Origin: Callorhinchus milii
Lineage: Eukaryota
Assembly (NCBI RefSeq): GCF_018977255.1
Contig: NW_024704757.1
Span: 7,378,001 to 7,442,000, forward strand
Length of the DNA: 64,000 nt
Reading direction: 5' to 3'
This document shows, one piece after another, positions 26,001 to 39,200 of this stretch. Position numbers and translations under genes: made by a program. Positions within the stretch are counted from its first letter, which is position 1. Every line of letters begins with the position of its first letter. The notes under the pieces are model-generated. The model did no database searches. It worked only from the letters and a program-made list of their open reading frames with translations, and had not been told where the DNA came from.

Positions 26001-26327
26001 GACAGGACGAGTCTGGAGTGACCGATGCTGTTCTCATTGCAGGGAGTCTGACTGTGTTGTGTCCCCGCAGTTTGTCTCTTTGTCTCTTGACTCAGAATCA
26101 CCACCTTCAGTGCTGCTGCTGCCTCCCCATGTGGACTGCAGCAAAGCCCAGCGCACTTTGTCAGTCACTGGCTGTTCCTCCCTCTTTCCATTTCAAATAT
26201 TACACATACACTACACACACACCACCACACAGACACTATTATACCCCCCCCCCTCCCCCACCCGCGGCTGTCCCTTTTCGTGTAACAAACTGTTCTGACT
26301 GTGTTGTCTGTGCGCTGCAGCCCCTGA

Positions 26328-27738
<1,411 letters not shown>

Positions 27739-28146
27739 CGTCTCTCTCGCTGGCGGACATTCACTTCGAGACTTTAAACGTATTTTGGAAACATTTAAAA
27801 ACAAAACTTTTTTTAAACAAAACAAAAACAACTTTTTTTGGTTTTTATCGACTGCAAACTGACTTCTTGTGGAGATCAGAGCTTTATTTTGTATTTTTGT
27901 TAGTTAGTGGTTTTCAGTGTGGGAAGTAGCTAAACATTTTGTAAAACATTCCTTGAAACACCTTGGCTCAGGTTTGGATACATTTTTATCTTCAGTCCGT
28001 GCTCCCTTCACTTGTAACTGGCCGGACTCTGTAGTTTGCATGCGGGCAGCTGGGAGGGGTGGGTGGGGGGGGGGGGGGTTTGAGGAGATGCTGTAGACTG
28101 TGTTCCTTTTGCGTTGTGGTGACTTTCATTGGGGTTGGGGGTTGTA

Positions 28147-28152
28147 AATAAA
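28147..28152 (+). terminator. Polyadenylation signal of H3.3
   Basis: AATAAA about 410 nt after the stop, followed by GT/T-rich downstream sequence. No histone stem-loop is present. Confidence 0.7.
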
Positions 28153-28525
28153 ACTTTCCACTACCTCAGCTGTGTCTCTTGCCTCTTTATTTCTGTTTCG
28201 TCCTTGTTCTCGCCTGTTGCAACTGTCAGGTGGTTTGGACTGCTTGGCTCAGTTGCAGCACTTTCACCTCTGAGTCAGGAAGTTGTGGGTTGGAGCCCCG
28301 CATCGGGCCTTTGAGGTCACTGGGCAACACTCTGGTGCAGTGCTGGGGGAGGGAGCGTTGTCCAGGCACTTTGTTTAGCCAAGGACCCACCTGGTGCCTG
28401 TTGAAGTGGACAGTAACGATCAAATGGCACTGCAGTATATTAAAAGATGAGGGTGGGAAAAAACCCCTTCATTACTGTGCAGCCACTGCATCGTCTGCAA
28501 ATTGGCTGCTGCGTTTGCCTGTACA

Positions 28526-28836
28526 GGAGTCCTGTAGCTCAGTGGTTAGAGCACTCACTTTGCAAGTGAGAGACCTGAGTTCAATTCTAGACAGGGCGAA
28601 ACCTTGGGCAAGTTTCCTTACTCCACACAGAGCCTAATAATAATACCTCCAAAAACAATAATAAATTGGTCATTTTCAATCTACGACTGTTTGTGGGACA
28701 TTGCTGTGAGCAATTGGCTGCCGCGTTCGCCCACAAATATACAGTCAATTTACTTTACAGTGTTCTGTGAAGCGCTTTGGGACGTCCTCCCGACGTAAAA
28801 AGCGCTATATCAAATGCAAGGATTATTATATTATTA
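28526..28836 (+). mobile_element. tRNA-headed SINE, near full length
   Basis: Same family. It is preceded by an older Deu-SINE relic and followed by an extra tail copy at about 28866-28968. Confidence 0.85.
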
Positions 28837-30407
28837 CAGGACAAGAATTCATTTGTTCGGGTGCTCCATAGTGATGTTTAATAACACTTTACAGTCTATT
28901 CTGTGAAGCGCTTTGAGACGCCGAGAAGATGTGAAAAGCGCTATATCAAATGCAAGGATTATTATTATTTCTTCCCTTTGTGAAAATAAGCAGAGCATTG
29001 CGATTAAAAGATCTCTCAATGAAAAGGTGGCACAGATTTGACAGGCTGAATGGCCTCCTGTTGGCTGCTAGAGCTTGCCTGGGCAGCCGCAGAGATAAAC
29101 ACTCCCGGTCTGATACAATGCACTGAGGAACTCCACAATCATCTAAACTTCGCACTATCTTTGCAATTCATCACAAAGATGTTTTTTAAATTTATTTTAC
29201 TTTAAAATTATTTTATTATAAAAATTTTTAAACATCCCCATTCGCAACTGCCAACATTTTCATTACGATGAGACAATTCAACCCTTTCTCACTTTGTGCA
29301 AACAAGGGACAATGAGACTGTTAAACCGAGCTTCCATCTGTGCCCTGTTCAGGTGGGCATTAAAGATCCCGTGGCACTATTGGAAAAGAGATGAGGGTTT
29401 CTCTCCCGGTGTCCTGGCTGACAATCCTGATAAAATCTGCCTTTCTTCTTAATTGTTTGCAAGAGGTTGCTCTGTGCAAACTGGCTGTCACAATCTCCTA
29501 CAATACAGTCACTACACTTCAAAGCATACCCTGTGAAGCACTTTGAGATATCCTCCCAATGTGAAAGGTTCTGCATCAAGTATTATCAACAACAACATCC
29601 TTTCACGTCGAGAGGATGTCCCAAGCTGCTGGCTAGTCAGAGTTTCGGATCCGACCTGGGGACGGCGGGGGGTGGGGAAGCAGGGTGACCGAAAGCACGG
29701 TCGAAGAGGAGGGTCTTGAGATGGGTTTTGAAGAAGGCAAGGGAGGGGGCGAGGTGGAGGGACTGCAGGATGGAGTTCCAGAGGGTGGGGGCAGAGTGGC
29801 AGAAGGCCCACCCACCAATGGTGGGGTGAGCAAGGCGGGGGACATGAAACGGGCGGAGGGCTAATCATAATTATCATCATTATTATTATAAGCATCATGT
29901 TGACTTCTTTACCAGCTAGTCCAAGAACACAGCTGCAGCCCAACTCCACTGTAGCTGAGATTAACAGAGCAGGGATCCACAGCCTCTCGTATTTACGTCT
30001 CAGTAACATGAGATACAACATGTATTTATATCGTGGCCTTCACATAGGGTAGTGTCTTGGAGCGCTGAAACGAGTATCCTGTGAGACATTGGGACAAGCA
30101 CACAAGCTTCCCTTCCTTTCTCGCAGCATTTATCAACCAAGAGATTACACGTATGACCTTATTCATCAATGTTTCACTCGGAGGAAGGGAAAAGAGAGGG
30201 CCGAGGGATCACTCTTCTCTGGTCACAGATGAAAAACGCACCTCCAATCAAGCCAGTCAGTGTTTGCAAATTGTACATTCATGTAAAGAGCCGGCATTCA
30301 AACACTCTGAGGTGTACAGACTTCATTGATGGTCACTGGATATGTCTGGATTCTCCTGCAGACAGCAATGACATAGAAACTAGGTCCGTGTTTTATATCC
30401 CCCAGGG

Positions 30408-31711
30408 TTATGCTCCTTTACCAGGCTGATCTTCACTCTCCTCTGGTACCTCATACAGATCCTCGTAACCGGGCAGATGGTCTTTCAGTGCCTTTTCCAG
30501 CATTCTGTCGATTTTTGTCTCTTCCCGCAGGATGCACCAGGTTAAGAATATAATCCCAAACAGGCTGATGGGGAGAACCTGCCACCAGGGCCTCTGGAAT
30601 CTACTGCCCATGGATCTGTCCACTGTCCAATTACGGTGGCTTGCTTTGCTACTGGAAAACTTGATCGGCTCGGGTGCACTGTGGCTGTCCTTGGACGGAG
30701 ATGTGCCCAGGGACATGTCCCTTGCCACAGTGGGCGAGAGGAAAGCTGTATTGGACCTACAGAAATAATACAAAACCCACAATGCGTTTCATCCACAAAA
30801 CACACAGTTAATCCACATTACAGTATGTCCTGTGCAGCGCTTTGAGACATCTCAACGACATGATGACAAACCATATCAAATGCAAAATTCTTATTATTGG
30901 AGCCAAAAGTCAGGGAGACTAGCGGCTCACTCAGTAACACTCACATCTGGTGGGGGTAGGGAAGAGCACTTCATTGAGATGTATAAACAAGGTCTGGTCG
31001 GCCAGTTCGGATGGACCTTAAAGATCCCAGGTCACCAGTGGAGAAGAGAAGGGTGTTCCTCCTGGTGTTCCACAATCCTCCAGATAAGCTAACGATTACA
31101 TTTGCAGCTATTTGTGGGGCACTGCAGTGCACACATTGACTGCTGCGTTTGCCTACAAAATACAGTTACTACACACGCGAGCTATTGGCAAGAAGGTTCT
31201 CACACCAACCAACAGCCTCGTACCCCCAACCCCAACCCCAACAACTGACGATACTGAACACCCCATTGAGTTCCAACACAAGAAAACATATCAAACGACG
31301 ATCCATTCCGGGTTCTGAGGGATGTTTTTTATCTGCACTTGGACCCCCCCCCAAGGTCATGGGCTCAAGGGCGGGTCTGTGACTCGCAAACGTCGAGAAC
31401 AAAGAGATCCATATCCCCTCAAACCCCAACCCCCCCAACCCCTAACCCCCATCTCCAACCCCTAACCCCTAACCCCGACCCCACCCCAACCCCTAACCCC
31501 GACCCCCACCCCCACCCCAGAGGCAGCCCAGCCCGAACCTCAGCACAGCCCCAGGCCCCCAGGCCTCGGGCCCCGCCACTGACCTCCAGTTATTCTCCAG
31601 CCGCCGCGCACCCCTCAACCTCGCCGGTCCGCCGCCGACCACCGCCTGGCAGAGAGGCCTGGCCTGGCGTAGCGAGGCCCCGAGAAGCCGCGCGGCACCG
31701 GCGCCCACCAT
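30408..31711 (-). CDS. UQCC4: Ubiquinol-cytochrome c reductase complex assembly factor 4 (C16orf91, CCSMST1 domain), about 158 aa
   Basis: Exon 1 31711-31584 (Kozak GCCATGG; Arg/Ala/Leu-rich MTS-like MVGAGAARLLGASLRQARPLC; donor GTCAGT) joins exon 2 30756-30408 in phase. The motif EPIKFSSSKASHRNWTVDRSMGSRFQRPWWQVLPISLFGIIFLTWCILREET with a single TM helix matches the CCSMST1 family. It neighbours UNKL as in human. Confidence 0.85.
31420..31520. repeat. Degenerate telomere-like (CCCTAA/CCCCAA/CCCCGA)n tract in UQCC4 intron 1
   Basis: Several CCCTAAC units interspersed with CCCCAAC and CCCCGAC. Confidence 0.6.
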
Positions 31712-32103
31712 GGCCGCTCCTCCCTCACCGAGTGGTTGGTTGGTTGGTCCGTCCGCCCCCGCGCTCCCCGGCGCCGCACACAGCGCCGCGCGGAGGTTCC
31801 GGCCTCGCAGCCGCCAGCGCCGCATTAACAGCTCCCGCTCGCTGTTCGCCACGCAATTCCTCCCCCCCCCCGCCGTCGGGTGTCATGTCACGGGGAGTAT
31901 GTACGGTTGCCTTTGGCTCCCGGTGACACGTAATTTTATGCCCAACAGTGAAGCTAATTGAAGAATGAGGCCAATTAATGGAGAACTGCTCCCCACCCAC
32001 CCAACACCACAAATATACTTATTATTTACAATAAATAATAAATATATTTATTTATATTTACATATAAATATATAGTGGGGGGGGGGGCAGGTAATACTAA
32101 TAC

Positions 32104-32419
32104 TAATAATCCTTGCATTTGATATAGCGCTTTTCACGTCGGGAGGACGTCCCAAAGCGCTTCACAGAACACACTGTAAAGTGAATTGACTGTATATTTG
32201 TGGGTGAACGCGGCGGCCAATTGCACACAGCAATGTCCCACAAACAGTCGTTGATTGAAAATGACCAATTTATTATTGTTTTGGTTTTTTTTGGAGGGAT
32301 TATTATTAGGCTCTGTGTGGAGTAAGGAAACTTGTCCGAGGTTTCGCCCTCTGCCTGGAATTGAACTCAGGTCTCTCACTTGCAAAGCGAGTGCTCTAAC
32401 CCCTGAGCTACAGGACTCC
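32104..32419 (-). mobile_element. tRNA-headed SINE between the UQCC4 and TOP3A promoters
   Basis: Highly similar to the reverse complement of 51667-51978. Confidence 0.88.
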
Positions 32420-33249
32420 ACAATTTCAATCCCACTCCCAATAGCCTCCAAGCATCAAAAACCGCTTCGCTTTTGGGATTCTGTCACAGGGTAAATAACA
32501 ACAACAACTTGCATTTACATAGCACCCCTCACGCAGGGTAGTGTCCCAGAGCGCTTGACAGTGGCGGAACACGACGCTGAGCCGGGGTTGGGGGGGAGGG
32601 GAGGGGAGGGGGAGGTGACCGTAGGCGCGGTCAAAGTGGAAGATCTTCAGGTTTTTAAGAGGACGTTTGACAGGCAGACAGGGCACCGGTTTGACAAAGG
32701 AGGACACCTCCAATCCAAGGCGATGCAGTGCCGGAGTGAAGCTGGAGCTGTGAGCTCAAGTCCCAGAGTCAAGAATGTCACCCACTGAGGCCGGAGCCCG
32801 ATGCCTAAACCCGAGCCATCGCCTAACTCAGGGCAGACGCTGGGAACTTCCCGCTGTGCGCGACATTAAAGATCTTGGCCGCTCACTTCGCGGCTGTTTG
32901 GTTCGCCCCACAAAACGCACAGTCACTACACCGTACGGTGAATCCTGTGAACGTCCCTGTGAGACGTTTGGATGGTTACAGGCAAAGATTTATTAAATGG
33001 AGGCGCCACAGCAGGGAGAGCCTGTCACTCCGAATGATTGACACGTCTGACCCCGCCCACCGCCCCGCCCCCCGCCCGCGGGCCTGTTGCTAGGAGACGG
33101 TTGGAGTTTACGACAGCTTCGATCCGGAATACGGCAGAGGCCGGTGTGGAAATGGCGCGCAGTCGGGTGTGAATGGCGGCTCAGGGTGTCCGGCGCTGGG
33201 CCGGGGAGCCCGGTGGTGGCGGCGGCAGCAGCCCCGGGCTCGGCTAGGG

Positions 33250-36200
33250 ATGACCTCGCTGCTGAGGCGGTGTCTGAGCGGCGAGGCCGTCGCCATGAGC
33301 CGCCGCCGGCTGCAGGCGCGGCAGGTGCTGTGCGTGGCCGAGAAGAACGACGCGGCGAAAGGCATCGCCGACATCCTGTCTGGCGGCAGGTGCCGGAGGG
33401 TGAGCGGCCCGGAACCCCGGCGCCACAACACGGCGTTCACTGCACTCTCTCCCCCCCACCCCTCACCCCCCTCCTCCTCCCCCCCTCACTCCTCCTCCCC
33501 CCCTCACCCCCCTCCTCCTCCCCCCTCACTCCCCCTCACCCCCCCTCACCCCCTCCTCCTCCTCCCCCCTCACCCCCCCCCCCCTCACCCCCCTCCTCCT
33601 CCCCCCTCACCCCCCCACCCCCCTCACCCCCTCCTCCTCCCCCCTCACCCCCCCACCCCCCCTCACCCCCTCCCCCCCCCCCCTCACCCCCCTCCTCCTC
33701 CCCCCCTCACCCCCTCTCACCCCCCTCCTCCTCACCCCCTCCTCCTCACCCCCCTCCTCCTCACCCCCCTCCTCACCCCCCCTCCTCCTCACCCCCTCCT
33801 CTTCTCCCCCCTCCTCCTCACCCCCCTCCTCCTCCCCCAGCGCTGCACTCCCCCATTCCCTCCCCTCACCCTGACCATTTCCCCCCCCGCTTTGGGACGT
33901 CCTCCCGACATGAAAGGCGCTCTTTAAATGGAATCTTGTTGTTGTTTAATGTCCACCCGACCCTACCATCAACCTGAATAACTGGCCGACAGAACCCAAA
34001 TTCATGACACAATTTACATGAATAAAGATGTTGAGGAATGAATAGTATAGCCTCCGATCCCCTCCTTGACAGACCAACACCGACATCTTATCTACTCTCT
34101 GCTTCTGGCATCCCAGTAATTTCTGTGTCTTTGTTTTTTTTAACAGAGAGAAGGATTCTCAAAGTTTAACAAGATTTATGAATATGAGTATAATCTGTTT
34201 GGTCAGGTATGTATTTGTAATGGTAATTTTACATTTGGGAGGATTTGATCGAAGCATTTGGAAAAGTAGATATTGTTTTTTCCCCCCACTTTCTGGATCA
34301 CAGGGCTGAGTGGGAAGGGTGTGAGGTAATCTCCATCCTGTCAGCCTCACATACACAGTACTTGTAAACCAAAAACCATGCGATTAATAAATATTACACA
34401 GATTGAATCTCACTGGATCTTGCGTTTTGAGGTGATCGGTTTTGTTCATCTCTTCCCCTCTTTTCTGCTCCTGTAGAATATTAAAATGGTGATGACCTCT
34501 GTCTCCGGTCACCTGCTCGAGTTAGAGTTCAAAGCACCTTTTCAGAAATGGTAAGTTTTTTTGTTTTTAGAAACTTTCAAGAGTTATCAAACTTTATTGT
34601 CAGAAAGGCTAATGACTGAGTGTTTCCTTCTGATCCTGTTTATTCCCATTGGTTGTTCAGTAGTTGTGCTTCTCATTGATTGATTTTGCTTTGGTTTTGC
34701 TGCGCAGGTACAGCTGCAACCCTGTGTCCCTCTTTGATGCTGAGGTGGAGAAGTACTGCCCCGAAAAATATGTGGATATTAAGGCAAGACTCTGGGGAGA
34801 TAGGCTGTAAGGGCAAGGGGTAGGGTTTGAGAAGTCTGCAGTCGGGTTTTTTTTTTGGTGCATTTTCTGTTTAATTGCATCTGATTTGGATATTTTGAGG
34901 ATTATTCTGAGTGTGGGGGGGGGGGGGGACCCGAGGGCTGCTTAATGGGTTAATGTATTGCAGGACTAAGCTATATGGCGCGGGAGGATCTTTCAGTAGT
35001 TTAACTGCTATCTGATATGTGAGGTTTATCTTTGTACATGTGGGGTATTTATGACTTTCGACAGTGCAATAGGGATCCTGAGCGGGTGACGAGAGTCCAG
35101 GCAGAGGATGGGATATTACATAACGCAGGCCGGCAATATTTATGCCATTGTTGGCGGGACAATGCTGCTGTTTTACAGAGAACCCTGGAGCGGGAGGTGC
35201 ACTGGTGTCAGGCTCTCATTATTTGGACAGACTGCGATCGCGAAGGAGAGAACATCGGCTTCGAAGTCATTCATGTTTGTAAGGCAGGTGCGTGCGTTAA
35301 AACAAAATGTTATGAGAGCAGTTTGAATAAAGAAGGCAGCAGCACGCCCAAATACTGTGCTGAGTGTCAGGTTACACTGAGTTCAAGTCCTGACGTGGGT
35401 TTGAATTCGTAATCTTCTGACCTGGGGGCAAGAGTGTTACCACCTGAGACAACATGATATGAGTGAGAGCTGTTGATGTTTTTTCGAGTGAAATAATTTA
35501 TTGGAAGACAATCACACTGACCTGGAAACACTGTATCAGTGCCACTGCTCTGGGACGCTACCCTGTGTGAGAGGTGCTATCTAAATGCAATTTGTTGTTG
35601 CTGTAACTCTCCTTATTATCAGTTTGTTATTAATCCCACTTTCCGGCTCTTTCCCCATAACTATTATTGTTTGTGCTGCTTATCCAGATCCCTTTTAAAT
35701 GATTCTATTGATCGGGCCTCTATATAGTCAAATTGTGGTAATGAATTCCCCATGCTGACATCCCTCGGAGCTTCTCTTGCTAATATTCCTGTCCCTTGTG
35801 TGGGCAGTGAAGCCCAATCTGCAGGTGCTGAGAGCTCGTTTCTCGGAGATCACGCCTCGCTCCATCAGGAATGCTTGCGAGAACCTGCTGGAGCCTGATC
35901 AGAACATCAGTGATGCTGTGGAAGTCAGACAAGAGCTGGACCTGAGAATCGGTAAGAGCCCTCAGCGCTGGTACAGACAGGTTGGGATAGTTTAAAGGCG
36001 ACTGAAACAGGGGAAGAACTGGATGGGGGAGGGTAAGGGGCACCGATTTCAGGAGGAGCCAGGAGTGAGAGGTACGTAAAAAAAGGAGAAAAACGAAATG
36101 GCTCCAGAAAGGCATCTTCGTCCACAAAAGTGAGCAGGATTCAGGGAAGTTTGTGCTGAGTGAGGAAACCGTATTGAGATAACTGGCTGCTGACCGCCAT

Positions 36201-39200
36201 GCTGCAGGTTGATGGACGTGTTTTGCTCCAGCATTCACTTAACTTCTAATTGTTTCACTGTAAAGGAGCCTCAAGGTGTTTAGGTGAAAAGTGCTGGTTA
36301 CATTTAAGTTGTCTCTTGATTGAGAATAATCTTTCTTTGAATATGACGAGCCGCGTTTTCTCTCTTTTGTGAGCAGGGGCTTCGTTCACCAGGTTTCAGA
36401 CCTTGCGCCTCCAGAAAATCTTCCCCAACGTGCTGTCAAACCAGGTCATCAGCTACGGCAGCTGCCAGTTCCCCACGTTAGGCTTCGTGGTGGAGAGGTT
36501 CAAAGCCATCCAGGCCTTCATCCCCGAGCCCTTCTACAAGATTAAAGGTACATGTGCGACAAAGCAAGGCCGTGTGGTGAAAACTGCCATATCAACCTGT
36601 CCGCCAACTCTGCTCAGCGGGCTCTGGCCTGCTTCACGTCCCCCACCCGGCCCGGTTCACCATTGGCGGTCGGGCCTTCAGCCTCTCTGTCCCCACTCTC
36701 TGGAACTCCATCCCACATTCCCTTCGCCTTGCTCTCTCCCTTGCTTCCTTCAAGGCACGACTCAAAATCTTCCTCTTCGACCGTACCTTCGGTCAACTTC
36801 ATACTCCCACCCACCCTGCCCTCCACCCCTCCTGATCCCAACCCCCAGTTCGGGTCCAAATCCCTGACTGTCCAGCGCCTTGGGAAGTCCTCTCGACATG
36901 AAAGGCGCTCGGTAAATGTAATATGCTGTTGTTTGGCTATGAATCTCCCGCTATTCTCTTGTCCTGTCTTCCTGAACCTCAACTTACCAACATGGCTCAT
37001 TATCCAAACCCCGTTCTCTATTCATCTCCTTGTTAGATCGCAAGTGCTCAGTGCTCCTCTCCCAGTGTGACAGTGAATCACTCCGTTCCCTTCCGGGTGA
37101 ACACGTTGTGTTGTTCAGTTCCTCAGGGATGCAGGTTCCTCGCAGTTAAAGTCCGTGGCTTCTTCCCTTTCACAGCTCTCAGTGCTCAGCCTGTGTTGGT
37201 GGAGTTATTCACTTTATTTCAAGCTGAATTATTGCTGGTGTTTCTGTCTCGCAGTTACTCACGAGAAGGATGATTCCAGCGTGGAATTTAACTGGAAGCG
37301 AAATCGACTCTTCAATCACACGGCGTGCCTGGTGCTTTACCAGATCTGCATGGAGGTGAGCAACTGTTCCTGAGCCTTCCCTCAGCACCTGAGGGAGACT
37401 GTGGGCCGGCTAAGCTGGTGTGGGTGGGAGAGTGGAGAGTGGATTACAGTCACTGATGTTTGGAGTAACAGTTTAATCCCAAAACAGCAACTTGTAGGAA
37501 GGTCTCAAATCACTTTACAAATGTAGTAGTGGAAAACAGGAAAATGTGAAAATTGTGTGTGCATGTGTATGTTAACACGTGTGTTAATGTGCATGTGTGT
37601 GTGTAAGCGCCTCTGTGTGCATGTGTGTGTGTCAACACATGTATGTGTAAATATCCGCGAGTGTTATGTTGTGGCGGCTTCTGTAAGTCTGTGTTTCTGT
37701 GTTACAGGATCCTGTAGCGACAGTGCTGGATGTTTTCAGTAAACCGAAGAGCAAGTGGCGACCTTTACCCCTCGACACCGTGGTACGACCCTGAGCTGGG
37801 CTCTCGCTGCTTAATGTGTTTAGGATTGCGTTTAGAGGCAACCAATTCTAATGGTATTTTCCCCAAACAGGAATTTGAGAAGCTGGCCTCGCGGAAACTG
37901 AGGATAAACGCCAAGGAAACCATGCGAGTGGCTGAGAAGCTGTACACACAGGGGTAAGAAGGCCTCTGTAAGTGCTGGCTAAGCACAGTGTAACACTGCT
38001 TTAGGTGTGAGGGATAAGGTAGTTCTGGGCATAGGCCCGCCAAGCACTGACTCACTCCTCGTGTCACGCTCAGTAACTGGCACAGAGTTTAAGGCCACGA
38101 GTTACCTCTCTATCAACCAGCGGAGACTAATCTTTCATAATCTATCCCGACAGAATCTGTTATGAGGGTCTCAAATGTATTTTTTATTCTTAAATTAGTT
38201 GTGAAGTAGGAAATCATTCTAAACATTCTCATCTGTCTCTATCTGTCTGTCTCTCTGTGTATCTGTGTGTCTGTGTCTCTGCAGTTACATCAGTTATCCT
38301 CGCACAGAGACTAACATCTTCCCTAAAGATCTGAACCTGTCTGGGCTGGTGCAGCTGCAGACCCCGGACCCTCGCTGGGGTGGTTTTGCTCAGGGTATCC
38401 TGGACCGAGGTGGGCCGACACCCCGCAACGGGAGCAAGACAGATCAGGCCCATCCCCCCATCCACCCCACCAAGTACACCAACAACCTGCAGGTACACTG
38501 TTCTGTGTGTATGTGGGGGTGTGGGGGTGGGCAGCTAATGCAAGTGACTGGCTTTATGGGGTAGACGGCTATGAACCACCAGGGGAGAGATTTGAAGAAT
38601 ATTATTTTACATACTGTTATCACCAGGGCTACTTTTCTACAAATGGCTGTTGGAGTTGAAAGGGGAATAGGGTTAGAGTACAGAGCTCCAGTGGGGGAGT
38701 GAGCACCAGCACAGACACAATGGGGAAAGAGAGAGCAGGGAATGGAGTTAGAGTAGAGAGCTCCAGCGGGGACAGAGACACATTGGGGCGAGCAGCCTGT
38801 GCTGGCATTGAGTCTGTGTGTCTCCCTCTTTGCCGTGCGGTAGGGAAACGAGCAGCGTATCTATGAGTTTGTTGTGCGTCACTTCCTGGCGTGCTGCTCA
38901 CAGGACGCCCAGGGCCAAGAGACTACGGTGGAGATCAGGATCGCGGACGAGCTGTTTGTGGCTCATGGGCTGATGATCATTGCTCGCAACTATCTGGAGG
39001 TTTATCCCTATGATAAGTGGAACGCCAAGGTACGTACCCAGGCACAATACCTCCCGGGGAGAAACTAGTGCTTAAAAAGCTATGTTTTTGGCCACAGTGT
39101 GAATTGTTCACTGTGTGTGTGCGTTTGGGTGGTTGTGTGAGAGTGTGTGTGTTGGGGTGCAGGTGTCTGTGCGTGTAACTGTGTGTGTGTCTGGTGTTTT

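Noticed and set aside
25371-26104. Long ORFs (136-216 aa) on both strands
   Set aside because: They are products of a G/T-rich low-complexity repeat in H3.3 intron 1.
27739-27800. Histone 3' stem-loop
   Set aside because: Not present. Introns and AATAAA indicate a polyadenylated variant histone.
31420-31520. True interstitial telomere or fusion scar
   Set aside because: Only a few exact CCCTAA units occur, within a generic C-rich tract, and there is no head-to-head junction.
33087-33977. Extensin-like proline-rich 296-aa and 252-aa ORFs
   Set aside because: They read through the TOP3A exon 1 donor (33399/33400) into a C-rich intronic repeat.
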